A program made the position numbers and the translations under genes. DNA of 64,000 nt from Thermodesulfovibrionales bacterium (lineage in GTDB: Bacteria > Nitrospirota > Thermodesulfovibrionia > Thermodesulfovibrionales > SM23-35): NCBI GenBank assembly GCA_049302065.1, contig JBAQLU010000249.1, positions 18,539-82,538 on the forward strand. Direction: 5' to 3'. Positions within the stretch are counted from its first letter, which is position 1; each line of letters starts with the position of its first letter. Shown here piece after piece: positions 9,498-18,567 of this stretch. The notes below the pieces were generated by a model. It was not told the DNA's origin. It did not search any database and was given only the letters and a program-made list of their open reading frames with translations.

Positions 9498-10829
9498 TTA
9501 GAATGTTCGTTTGCTGAGAGTACCGTCAGTAACAACTGCGCCGTGATAGTGACATCTGCTACAGGTACGACATGCCCAATCATCAGCTAATATTCCATGA
9601 CACATCATGGCTGTGCCTCCGCAACCTTGGGCTAAAGTAACATCAGCATGATGAGTGTTCCACCAATTATTTGACCCAGGAGTATTCTCCTGATGACAGC
9701 GCCGGCAGAGGTATCCTAATTCTTTATTAAGTAGTGTGGTAAGTGTAGTTATTTGTCCGCTAAGTGCCCCTCCGTTTACCTCTTGCCTGATTAAAACAAC
9801 ATTCGGAGCGCCATGAGGCTCATGGCAATCTGTACACGCAAGCACTTTATTTGTCGTAGAATAAGGACTTAATATTCTTGCCGCACCATCATCCCCATCA
9901 GATACACCTATTCCATGTTTTTCAACATTCCAGTCAACGGGCCTCAACCATCTACTAAGTGTAGTGCTCCACACACTATTGGCAGTGCTGGTATGGCAAT
10001 CTGTACAAAATGTAACATAGTCTGGTAGTATTGATGGATCTGAGGAAGGAGAGTTATTTGGCTCATAGTTTGTCGAAGCATACCAATATGGAGCCTGATA
10101 GCCGCCTGTATAATCACTCATCTTCTCACCATCGCCCCACAGATTACCGTGATCGCTCGGTCTTGATATTGCAGACTTAGTTGTGTCGAAAGAACCAGAA
10201 GGTTTGCCACAGCTTCTTCGTGCAATATGGATATTATGGCAGCCAGAACATGGATTGCTGTCAGATGGGAAGTTGGTGAATGTTTTGGTACCAGAAAGGC
10301 CAGTGATGAGCCTCCATATATCATACAAATTATGGTAAGACAAACCATTAAATGCATCGAAGATATTATTTGGGGTAGCATCTGGATTTCCTCCAAACGT
10401 AATACTATAGCTGTAATTGCTAAAAGAAGGACTCTGGAGGGTACCTATACTGATATGGCAGTAAAAGCAGACACTGTCATTTTGGATATAAGGGTTCATA
10501 GTTTTTGACGTATTAAAATTATTTGCTAAAAGGCAGTATTTATCAGGGCCTCCAGTTGGGTTAGGCTCAGATCCTCCTATGCTCGCATGCTGCTCATGGC
10601 AGTGGACACAGTTCCCTTTTGAATAACCAAAAGAAGTAAGGCTTGTACGGTTGACCCCATAGGTGCTATTCCCGTGGGAGGAATTGAGATAAGGACCTGA
10701 TATGGCCTTGTCAGGATACAATAACCAGATAAAAGAGCAGATAGCTAAGAGCAGAGAGCTAAAAGCCAAGAGCTTAGAGCTCAGAGTGAATTTCTGAGAT
10801 TTTTTATTAAACCACTTATTCTTCAACAT
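9498..10829 (-). CDS. Multiheme c-type cytochrome (7 canonical CXXCH plus a possible atypical C-X6-CH)
   Basis: 443-aa ORF. Motifs are CVHCH, CFYCH, CSGCH, CTDCH x2, CRRCH and CSRCH, plus CGGTAMMCH. The h-region of the signal peptide (LSSKLLAFSSLLLAICS) is encoded by the heptamer array at 10743-10786. Confidence 0.85.
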   Translation of the reverse strand: MLKNKWFNKKSQKFTLSSKLLAFSSLLLAICSFIWLLYPDKAISGPYLNSSHGNSTYGVNRTSLTSFGYSKGNCVHCHEQHASIGGSEPNPTGGPDKYCLLANNFNTSKTMNPYIQNDSVCFYCHISIGTLQSPSFSNYSYSITFGGNPDATPNNIFDAFNGLSYHNLYDIWRLITGLSGTKTFTNFPSDSNPCSGCHNIHIARRSCGKPSGSFDTTKSAISRPSDHGNLWGDGEKMSDYTGGYQAPYWYASTNYEPNNSPSSDPSILPDYVTFCTDCHTSTANSVWSTTLSRWLRPVDWNVEKHGIGVSDGDDGAARILSPYSTTNKVLACTDCHEPHGAPNVVLIRQEVNGGALSGQITTLTTLLNKELGYLCRRCHQENTPGSNNWWNTHHADVTLAQGCGGTAMMCHGILADDWACRTCSRCHYHGAVVTDGTLSKRTF

Positions 10830-10909
10830 AAATCCTCTTTTTTATCAAAATTTGTTTATTTAAAATGATTTTGTCCTTATTCTCTCTTTCGTTTGCTCTA
10901 TGCTCTTTT
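10743..10909 (-). repeat. Heptamer-array inverted pair (AGAGCNN at 10743-10786; NNGCTCT at 10881-10909) flanking the start of cytochrome gene 9498..10829
   Basis: Read directly. The first arm is agctaag agcagag agctaaa agccaag agcttag agctcag. The opposite arm, tctctctttcgtttgctctatgctctttt, begins right after the stop of the upstream gene. Confidence 0.8.
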
Positions 10910-12088
10910 CTAATTCTTTGATGTATGACATACATTGCATCCATTTGTCTGACCGTTTCCCGGCCAGCCTTTATAATCCCATCTCATCATTTTGCAATAT
11001 GGCGATGCATGTGCCCGATGGCATGAAAGGCACGTAACCAGGTCTGTACCCAGCGTCACGGTACCGCTTGGTCCTGTCCAGCCACTCAAGCTAGGTCTTG
11101 CCACTGGAACTAATGGGTCATATGTACCTGTTCCACCGGAAGCACCGAAAGCGCTGGCGTATTCACCGGAATTTGGTATCAGCGCATCTGAAGGATGGCG
11201 AAACCATGGGCTCTGACCGCTTACTGTGTTGTCCTGTATATGAAAGTTCCTGTGGCATCCACAGCAAAAAGCTGTCATCGTATGATTCGTAAGACTTACT
11301 TGAGTAATCTTGCTAACAGAACCATCCCCTAAATACTCATTATGATCGCTTGCATTATAGGTGTATTGCCAGTCTTTATCTTCAATCCCTTCAACTCCGT
11401 GGCCATAAGTCGGCAGAGGTTCATGTCCCGCCAGAAAACGATACCATCCACCTGCTTCTCCTACCACCGTTGCCGAATCGTCTGCGTGATGATGTGGATA
11501 TACATGACAACCCTGACAACCGTACGTTCCAGCCAATACTCCAGCATCACTTTTTTCAGCTAAAGATTTATGGCAATTTTTTGTACTGCAGTTTTCCTCG
11601 CCAGATTTTCCCGGAGCAGCGGTAAGAGCTGGGTCTTTTTCATTCAAAAAAACATTATGACCTTTTGTGTCATCGGTCTTCACCCAGTAGAAATTGCCTG
11701 CGGCAAGCCCTTTTGTCGCATTATAGGATGGCTCAGTACTGTTGTAGACAATAGGAGCCATTGTGATAGGATCTTGCCAGGTAGTTCCGTCTGTCTTCGA
11801 ATGGCAACCTAAACATGATCCGCGCAGGAGGGATCGCTTAGTGTCTGTATCAGTCTCACTAGGAGCCAGATATTGCATATGGGCACCATTCTGACTGTTA
11901 TGCATGGTGTGGCATTTGAAACATTCACCGGTAACTTTTGCTTCTAATGGCAAGGTGTAACCCAACAAAACCATAATTATCGAGCACAAAGCAAGGCATA
12001 AAGAAGAAAAATGAAAAGTGCGTAACCTTTTTGCGTTTTTTTGCTCATGTTCTGCTTTCAGACACATTTTTTTTATGTTATGCTCCAC
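10910..12088 (-). CDS. OmcS-like multiheme cytochrome, paralog 1 (6 CXXCH + 1 CX4CH)
   Basis: 392-aa ORF. Motifs CFKCHTMHNSQNG, AAGNFYWVKTDDTKGHNV, FCCGCHRNFH..WFRHP, CLSCHRAHASPY and GCNVCHTSKN resemble my memory of G. sulfurreducens OmcS (CEGCHTMHNS, GGDFGWVK, KGHNIV, CLSCHRAHASGF, CNKCHAKD). The protein is paralogous to 25409-28939. Confidence 0.8.
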   Translation of the reverse strand: MEHNIKKMCLKAEHEQKNAKRLRTFHFSSLCLALCSIIMVLLGYTLPLEAKVTGECFKCHTMHNSQNGAHMQYLAPSETDTDTKRSLLRGSCLGCHSKTDGTTWQDPITMAPIVYNSTEPSYNATKGLAAGNFYWVKTDDTKGHNVFLNEKDPALTAAPGKSGEENCSTKNCHKSLAEKSDAGVLAGTYGCQGCHVYPHHHADDSATVVGEAGGWYRFLAGHEPLPTYGHGVEGIEDKDWQYTYNASDHNEYLGDGSVSKITQVSLTNHTMTAFCCGCHRNFHIQDNTVSGQSPWFRHPSDALIPNSGEYASAFGASGGTGTYDPLVPVARPSLSGWTGPSGTVTLGTDLVTCLSCHRAHASPYCKMMRWDYKGWPGNGQTNGCNVCHTSKN

Positions 12089-12367
12089 TCCCTATTCTCA
12101 TTCAATTTCAATAATCTTCTTTTCATATTATGCAAAAGATATACCATATATTTGTTTATATAAATATTAAGCATCAGATATAGATATGTTAATATTATCA
12201 AAAATTGCTCACCAGATACAATCGAAAACTTTACATTTATTATGAGTAAATGTTTATAAAATTAGGGGGTTAGATGTTGGAAGAAAAGATAATCAGTTTA
12301 AGTCAAGTAATTTGAAATGTAACAAATGCTAACATTTTGAATAATAGAATAGTCTCATTCTTATCTT

Positions 12368-13687
12368 TTACTTCTTATGACATTGGATACAAAGCTGTCT
12401 CTTTCTGTCAAAATAGAGCATAAATTCAGCCTTTGATGAATGCATGCTGTGACAGGTAATGCAGGTAATTGGCTGACCATTTCGTGGATCTTTCACATCC
12501 TGTCCGAGCGGATGCGTTACTTTATGCTGCTGAGTATGGCATCTTGAACATGTCTGAATCTTATCTGCTTTAAAATAAAGGGGATTAAGAGAATGAGGAG
12601 GAATATGACATTCAAAGCATCTTCTGTCTTTCACAGGAACGCACTTGATCGATTTCAATGCCTTCTCCATGAGGATCGTCCTCTTCTCCGTATCTTTGTG
12701 ACAGGTATAGCACAGTTGAGATTCCTTCACTGTCAGGTTCTTCCTTTTTGACGCATGGTAGCTATGACACAGCGAGCATCCACCTTTTTCATCATTGATA
12801 TGAACATCACCCTCTTTGAGTTTGGTAGTGTCCTTCTTATGACAACTAAAGCATAAATCCTTGCCTGATATCTTAGTAGTTATCTTCTTATCAGCTACAA
12901 TCGGGTTATGGCATTGTTCACATTTTTTATCCAAAAAAGCTGTGTGGCCATATGGGCCGAGAAGTCCGCTGGTGTTGGAGGAATGTCCACTGTGGCATTC
13001 ATCGCATTTCAGCTTTTCAATAGCTAAGGTTATGGAGACGTTACCCGCCTTACACTTCGCTGCATGACAGCTTTTACATAATTTGTTGGGGTTATCACGG
13101 ATCTGGTTCTCTTCTGAAGATGCATGTGGATCATGACAAGATGAACATTCACCATTCTTGAAAGGAACATGCACATAAGATTTCTTTAATTGCTCTTTTA
13201 AAGCATCGTGACAATCCCAGCAGAGATCCTTTTGCACCTTTACCAAAAGACGTTTATTATCTCCACTGTGTGCAAAATGGCAATCTGTGCACACCCCTTT
13301 TTTGATTGCAAGATGTACAAAATCCTTCTTGAGTGCTTTTTTGATCCCCTCGTGGCAACCGAGGCACAAGGAATTGATATCTTCCTTTACCAGTCCCTTC
13401 ATATTACCTGCATGTATGTTATGACAGGCGATACATTTACCGTCCTTGAAGGGGAAATGGACATAACTGCGGGACAGGCTTTCCTTTAATTTTACATGGC
13501 ATCGGTAGCAAAGATCCGGAGCTTTTTCCTTAAGATCGCCCTGAGCGGATGCGAAAACAGCGAATAGCGTAGAGCTAAGAGCAAAGAGTACGAAGCATAT
13601 AGCATATAGCATATAGCGTAGAGCGTAGATTTTTTGCTCCGTGCTCTTTGCTCTCTGCTCTCTGCTCTCTGCTTTTTGCTTATTCAT
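12368..13687 (-). CDS. Hexadecaheme c-type cytochrome (c7/c3-type repeated CXXCH-pair architecture)
   Basis: I counted 16 CXXCH, with repeated (Y/F)VHxPFKxGxCxxCH units. I prefer the ATG at 13687 (MNKQKAESREQRAKS...), which overlaps the upstream stop as cATGAATAA, over the track start at 13714. Confidence 0.9.
   Translation of the reverse strand: MNKQKAESREQRAKSTEQKIYALRYMLYAICFVLFALSSTLFAVFASAQGDLKEKAPDLCYRCHVKLKESLSRSYVHFPFKDGKCIACHNIHAGNMKGLVKEDINSLCLGCHEGIKKALKKDFVHLAIKKGVCTDCHFAHSGDNKRLLVKVQKDLCWDCHDALKEQLKKSYVHVPFKNGECSSCHDPHASSEENQIRDNPNKLCKSCHAAKCKAGNVSITLAIEKLKCDECHSGHSSNTSGLLGPYGHTAFLDKKCEQCHNPIVADKKITTKISGKDLCFSCHKKDTTKLKEGDVHINDEKGGCSLCHSYHASKRKNLTVKESQLCYTCHKDTEKRTILMEKALKSIKCVPVKDRRCFECHIPPHSLNPLYFKADKIQTCSRCHTQQHKVTHPLGQDVKDPRNGQPITCITCHSMHSSKAEFMLYFDRKRQLCIQCHKK
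13558..13680 (-). repeat. Heptamer-array hairpin element (arm 13558-13629, T6 loop, arm 13636-13680), fully inside the N-terminal coding region of the 16-heme gene
   Basis: The sequence reads ...agcgtagagctaagagcaaagagtacgaagcatatagcatatagcatatagcgtagagcgtaga tttttt gctccgtgctctttgctctctgctctctgctctctgctttttgct. It includes two perfect 3-unit runs (gcatata x3 and gctctct x3). Confidence 0.85.
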
Positions 13688-15650
13688 GACAAGCCCTGCA
13701 ATCACCTTTTGCAAAAGGACTATGTTTAATCTTTCTTAAAAGACCCTGCTTTTCTGTAACATGGGGTTCATGACAGTTGAGACAATGGTTGATTTTAGCT
13801 ATGGGTTTTATGTGCGCCTTCAAAAGAGCATCTGTATCAGTTGAATGACATTTGATACATAATGCCGGGTCTTTAGCGGTTATCAAATATTTAGATTCAG
13901 AAAAGTGGGCGACATGACAACCCAGGCAGTCTCCTTTTTCCATCTCAATATGCCCTTTTCTTACAGTTGTAGTTACTATTCTTTCATGGCATGAAAGACA
14001 GAGCTCCTTTGGCCTGCTTAGAAGGAGATTCTTCATTTTCGTTCCATGAGGACTATGACAGACTGAACATTTTCCTTCTTCAACAGGCAGATGTCTATTG
14101 TTGCTGGTCTTAACGTCGTTATCCATTTTCTTATGGCAGCTGTAACATAGCCCTGGCATTGAAATAACCGTGTGAGCAGTATATTCACTGGCATGAGCAT
14201 CATGACATATTCCACACGTCTTTTCTTTAAACGGCTTATGGATATCAGCGTCTTTCAGCTCAAGAAACATATTGCCATGGCAGCTCATACAGAGCTGATC
14301 AGGCGCATTATTCAATAAATTCTTGTAAGCGGAAGCATGCGGACTGTGACACGAGATACATTTTTTATTATTTACAGGGGTATGTATGTATGTTTTAAAG
14401 AATTCTTTTTGTTCTTTCTTATGACAGGTATAACAGAGATCTGTAATGGCAACTTTCATCATGCGTGGGTTATTGCTGCCATGCGAATCATGACACTTTT
14501 TGCATTCAAATTTCGAAAATGGTATATGTGAATACTTTTCCTTCGATTCCTTTTCAGTCTTGACATGGCAGGTAAAACAGATCTGCTTCTCGGATGCTTT
14601 CAAGTAAAATGGATTTGGAGAAGCATGAGGATTATGGCAGGCAGTGCAGCCTTTATCCTTAATTGGCGCATGTAAACTGCTCACCTTTAATAAATCTGCC
14701 TTTTTCTTATGGCAGTTTATGCACAGGTCGTTTTTGTCCATGAGGGTGACCTTTGCATAATCAGTTGCATGGGGGCTGTGGCAGCTCAGACATTTATCTT
14801 CATCAACGGGGCGATGTCTGTGTGCCTCTTTAAATCCTTTCTCCTCCTTTTTATGACAGGTATAGCAGAGCTTTCCATCCGGCGCAATAACAGCAAGCGG
14901 ATTGGGGTCGGTCACAGATTTATGGCATGAAGAGCATTGCCCGAGTTTAAGCGGCGGATGTACCGATTCCCTGAGTAACTTATCATTTGTTGAACTATGG
15001 GCTGTATGGCAACCTGTACACTTTCCTTTCTGAACAGGATAGTCTTTATGTGCCGTCCTGAATTTGTCTGCCGTGAAATTGTGACACGACTGGCAGAGTT
15101 CTAATTCCTGCTTTATAAGATTATTTTTATATTGCGAACCGTGTGCTGAATGGCACGTAAGGCATCCGTCTGACATCGGTTTATGCCGTTTGGCACGCAT
15201 GAAAGGCGTTTGATTGTGACAGGTAAAGCACTGTTCACTCCCCGTCTTTTTCTGGAGGAACTTATTATCTGAAGCATGAGGATTATGGCATGGAAGACAT
15301 TTACCTTGCTTAAGTGCAGTATGGACATTTGCAGTCTTATCCATATTTAAAGCCATCTGCTTATGGCAGATGTAACAGAGTTTTCTTTCTTCTCTTTCCT
15401 TTAAAGATAAAACCGCAATCTTTCCATGACGCAAATGACATGCCTCGCAGTCCTTTTTAGCCATCGGTGAATGGATATACTTCTTCTGGAACTCGTTCAA
15501 TTTTACTTTGTGGCAATCCAGGCAGGGTTTTGCCTCAAAACCTCTTCGCACTGTTTGTTCAGGTGCACAGGTAAAAAAAAGAATACCGAAGATGAAGAGC
15601 ATCAAAAAAAGGTTAATCAATCTTTTCATAATCTTTTCCATGAGTTCCAA
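13680..15650 (-). CDS. 26-heme c-type cytochrome (polymer of c7/c3-like units)
   Basis: 656-aa ORF with an N-terminal signal/anchor (LINLFLMLFIFGILFFTCA). I counted 26 CXXCH at regular spacing. Confidence 0.9.
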   Translation of the reverse strand: MELMEKIMKRLINLFLMLFIFGILFFTCAPEQTVRRGFEAKPCLDCHKVKLNEFQKKYIHSPMAKKDCEACHLRHGKIAVLSLKEREERKLCYICHKQMALNMDKTANVHTALKQGKCLPCHNPHASDNKFLQKKTGSEQCFTCHNQTPFMRAKRHKPMSDGCLTCHSAHGSQYKNNLIKQELELCQSCHNFTADKFRTAHKDYPVQKGKCTGCHTAHSSTNDKLLRESVHPPLKLGQCSSCHKSVTDPNPLAVIAPDGKLCYTCHKKEEKGFKEAHRHRPVDEDKCLSCHSPHATDYAKVTLMDKNDLCINCHKKKADLLKVSSLHAPIKDKGCTACHNPHASPNPFYLKASEKQICFTCHVKTEKESKEKYSHIPFSKFECKKCHDSHGSNNPRMMKVAITDLCYTCHKKEQKEFFKTYIHTPVNNKKCISCHSPHASAYKNLLNNAPDQLCMSCHGNMFLELKDADIHKPFKEKTCGICHDAHASEYTAHTVISMPGLCYSCHKKMDNDVKTSNNRHLPVEEGKCSVCHSPHGTKMKNLLLSRPKELCLSCHERIVTTTVRKGHIEMEKGDCLGCHVAHFSESKYLITAKDPALCIKCHSTDTDALLKAHIKPIAKINHCLNCHEPHVTEKQGLLRKIKHSPFAKGDCRACHE

Positions 15651-15702
15651 AATTATTAGATAATTATCAATAAGCGTATGCTATATGTCAAGCAAAAATA
15701 TT

Positions 15703-17379
15703 TTACTGCTTAAATTTTTTTTCAATAGCCCGAATCTCTTCTTCATTTATCTTTATCTCAGCATCTTTCTTCAGTTTATCTATATACCTGTTTAATGTGG
15801 TGTTCACCTGTTCATTTACGTATGCTTTATGCACGTTATTCTTAACCTTGGCATATTCTTCGATCACTTCGCCTGTTATATCCTGTATTCTGAATATTTT
15901 ATAAAGTGATTCAATCTCGATTATCGGGCTTGTATCTCCTGCTTTCATGGAATCTATAATCTCCCCAAGAGGTTTAGGAAGTTCAGCCTTTGTAAACAAT
16001 CCCGCATCTCCGCCCTTTTCAGTTGCTGAATCTGCAGACTTTCTTTTTGCCAGCCATAAAAAATCAGCGCCTTTCTGCAAGCTGTCTAATATTTCCTGAG
16101 CCTCTTCTCGAGATTTTACTGTAATCTGTTGGATCTTATAACGGACAGGTTTGATAAAGCTTTTCTGATGTGTTGCATAGTACTCTTCTAAATTCTTACC
16201 TGTTACAACGATCTGAGGGATTATTACTCTCTTAATAAACGTATTCTTGAGAAGTTGATTCTCATAACGATATGCCATTTTCTTTAAGCCGGGCTTCATT
16301 TCGTAATGTCTGCTGAGTGCCTCATTGTCTATCACCTTGCGGTCAATCCAGCTCTCAAGGATATTCTCTTTCGATATTTTGGGAGAAGGTTTAATCATAG
16401 CCATAAAATCTTCAACAGTTAAAACAGCGCCATTTACCTCGACTAAATGTCTTTTATCCTTAGACCATTTTTCCCTCTCGCTATCACCATCCAGTTTAAT
16501 AGCAGAGAGAAGCTTCTCATCAATCTTTATGTTTGCCTTCTCACGAAGGTATTTCAGATATTCATCACTACGCTCTTTTTCCCTTTGTTTCCTGATGGCT
16601 TTCTGCAGGCTGCCTTTTACCTTTTCGAATTCCTCGTCCGGCGCCTCTTTTCTGCTCATTAACTTTACTATGTAAAATTTTTCTGACAATTTGATAATAT
16701 CACTGACTTCATCAGGTTTTAAAGGGGAAACAGCTTTTTGTATTTCAGTCGATAGAGAACCTCTTGTAAAAACAACTTCACTCTCATCTTTCTTGGATGG
16801 ATAGGTTGAGTATTTCTGAGCAAGCTCCTTGAAATTTTTTCCATTCTTAATTTGTTCTAAGATTTCTATAGCTTTCTCCTCCAATGATATTTCTATGATG
16901 CCCAGGGTAAACCGCTCATAATTTCTCTTGTAATAGTCTTTAATTTCTTCTTCTGTTATGAAAACCTTTTGCACAATCTCCTCATCATGAAGTATGACAA
17001 CAGATTCCCTCAGGATATATGCCTCAATGGCCTGTTTCACCTCAGGATACTGATCCATACCTGCATTGCGGGCCTCATGAATAATTAATCTATCATCTAT
17101 TAGCTTTTGAACATATTGTGATAAATTTAAGGCGCCTGCTGATGAAAGGTCTTCTCTGCGGTGAGCTATATTTAAAGCATATTTAAGATCTTCTTCTGTT
17201 ACAGGTTCACCATCAACAACCGCCAGTACTGCCTCCTTTTGTGAAAGCGATGCACAGCCACCCCAAAAAATCAGCAAACAGCATAGAGCGCAGAGCATAG
17301 AGCTTAAAACATAGAATTTTTTACTCTTAGCTCTTAGCTCTTTGCTCTTAGCTCTTTGCTCTTTGCTCTTTATCTCCAT
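15703..17379 (-). CDS. Peptidyl-prolyl cis-trans isomerase, SurA/PrsA/PpiD-like lipoprotein with two parvulin-type domains
   Basis: 558-aa ORF with a lipobox-like LIFWGGC. Two parvulin-like segments are present (...NGKNFKELAQKYSTYPSKKDE... and ...KGADFLWLAKRKSADSATEKGGDAGLF...). The ATG overlaps the upstream stop (aaATGGAGATAA). Confidence 0.85.
   Translation of the reverse strand: MEIKSKEQRAKSKELRAKSKKFYVLSSMLCALCCLLIFWGGCASLSQKEAVLAVVDGEPVTEEDLKYALNIAHRREDLSSAGALNLSQYVQKLIDDRLIIHEARNAGMDQYPEVKQAIEAYILRESVVILHDEEIVQKVFITEEEIKDYYKRNYERFTLGIIEISLEEKAIEILEQIKNGKNFKELAQKYSTYPSKKDESEVVFTRGSLSTEIQKAVSPLKPDEVSDIIKLSEKFYIVKLMSRKEAPDEEFEKVKGSLQKAIRKQREKERSDEYLKYLREKANIKIDEKLLSAIKLDGDSEREKWSKDKRHLVEVNGAVLTVEDFMAMIKPSPKISKENILESWIDRKVIDNEALSRHYEMKPGLKKMAYRYENQLLKNTFIKRVIIPQIVVTGKNLEEYYATHQKSFIKPVRYKIQQITVKSREEAQEILDSLQKGADFLWLAKRKSADSATEKGGDAGLFTKAELPKPLGEIIDSMKAGDTSPIIEIESLYKIFRIQDITGEVIEEYAKVKNNVHKAYVNEQVNTTLNRYIDKLKKDAEIKINEEEIRAIEKKFKQ
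17276..17371 (-). repeat. Heptamer-array hairpin element (arm 17276-17316, T6 loop, arm 17323-17371) encoding the N-terminus of the PPIase
   Basis: The sequence reads gcatagagcgcagagcatagagcttaaaacatagaa tttttt actcttagctcttagctctttgctcttagctctttgctctttgctcttta. In sense orientation it translates to KSKEQRAKSKELRAKSKK-FYVLSSMLCALCCLL. Confidence 0.85.
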
Positions 17380-18398
17380 TTTGCCTTTCTCATTCCTTTT
17401 ACTAAGTTTGCTATTGCTTTATATGATACACTTTCTGCTGAATACATTCTTCCCCAATCAAGCATAAATATATTGTCGTCGCCTTTTAACTGGAAGCTAT
17501 CACTCCATAAGATTTTATTTTTATGGGCGTCTATGAGTCTCGCACTGATAGAAGCTTCAGGTGGTGCAGTGCCCTCACCCTCTTTGTAAACTTCAACAGT
17601 GCCTACTATAATTCCATCTACTCCTGTAGTCCCTGATATAGCTTCTGTTTTTTCGAAGTCCAGTTCTCCTTTATCTCTGATCCTTAAATTCACTATTAAA
17701 AACCTGACGTCACCATATTCAAGGGGAACAAATTTTTTATTCTTGAATAATTCGTCTATAAACATATATGTTGCTATCATACCCACATCTTTCATCTTGC
17801 TTTTGTTCTGAAATGGCATTACAGCAATCCTGTAAGTCGACTCCGTCTCTTTTCCTGATGGAGCGGTATTAAAGGAGTCAAATAACTTATCTATGACCTT
17901 GGAGATAAGTCTGTCAATAGTTGTTATCCTGCCAAGTCCTAAGATTGTCGTAAAATCTTCTACCGTAGCAGCGGCATGATTTGCCCATAAAATAGTGTTA
18001 TCTGAAGAATCAACAAGACGGGCTGAAAAACCTACACGTGGATTCTCTCCTGAGGTAAATGAATTAACAGATCCTACTAAGATTGCCTTTACATTCAGCT
18101 CTTCACCTATTTTTTTTGCAATATCTTTTGAAATATATCCTGTTGATCTGATTCTTTCCTTAAGCAAAAATTTATTCAAACTATCATCATCCAGCACCTC
18201 AAACCCTTTTTCTTCTAATTTACTTCTTATCAAAGGCATAACCGTTGGTAGGGCATTCCTGTCTTCGCTGAAGTTTTCAAAAGGGAACAGGGCAATTTTT
18301 ACCTTCTGGTGTGTCTGAGAGGCACAACATACACTGGTGGCATAGAGTAAAAAACAAAAAGCTAAAATTAAAAAGTTTCTTGGGTTTCTTGGGTTCAT
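17370..18398 (-). CDS. Secreted protein with two tandem domains related to the two small lipoproteins downstream (motif-level resemblance to FlgO/CsgG/LpoB-type envelope lipoproteins)
   Basis: 342-aa ORF with a signal peptide. The two halves start with KIALFPFENFSED and RIAVMPFQNKSKM, the same (V/I)A(V/I)(L/M)PFxN motif as ORFs 18568 and 19205. The family assignment rests on this motif only. Confidence 0.6.
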   Translation of the reverse strand: MNPRNPRNFLILAFCFLLYATSVCCASQTHQKVKIALFPFENFSEDRNALPTVMPLIRSKLEEKGFEVLDDDSLNKFLLKERIRSTGYISKDIAKKIGEELNVKAILVGSVNSFTSGENPRVGFSARLVDSSDNTILWANHAAATVEDFTTILGLGRITTIDRLISKVIDKLFDSFNTAPSGKETESTYRIAVMPFQNKSKMKDVGMIATYMFIDELFKNKKFVPLEYGDVRFLIVNLRIRDKGELDFEKTEAISGTTGVDGIIVGTVEVYKEGEGTAPPEASISARLIDAHKNKILWSDSFQLKGDDNIFMLDWGRMYSAESVSYKAIANLVKGMRKAKWR

Positions 18399-18566
18399 TG
18401 GGTTTCTTGAGTTTGCTGTGTCAATTTTCTTTTTTTATAACGTTTTTCGTTTTTAACATTGCCCATATTTACCAGAATTCTTGCTTCCTTCCAACACTCT
18501 AAATCTTCAAACCTTTCAATTTTCATAACCCGATACACTGTGTAAACTCAAGAAACTCAAGAAACT
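18376..18566 (-). repeat. Inverted arrays of a 9-mer (TTTCTTGGG x5 degenerate at 18376-18420; CTCAAGAAA x2 at 18545-18566) around the start of gene 17370..18398
   Basis: One array reads tttcttggg tttcttggg ttcattggg tttcttgag tttgctgtg. The other reads aaactcaag aaactcaag aaac. About 120 nt of spacer separates them. The proximal array is translated as NPRNPRN. Confidence 0.75.
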
Positions 18567-18567
18567 T

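Noticed and set aside
12089-12367. The AT-rich 280-nt gap upstream of OmcS-like paralog 1 might hold a small RNA or riboswitch.
   Set aside because: I could see only AT-rich promoter-like sequence with no convincing conserved structure or terminator. Nothing is supportable without comparative data.
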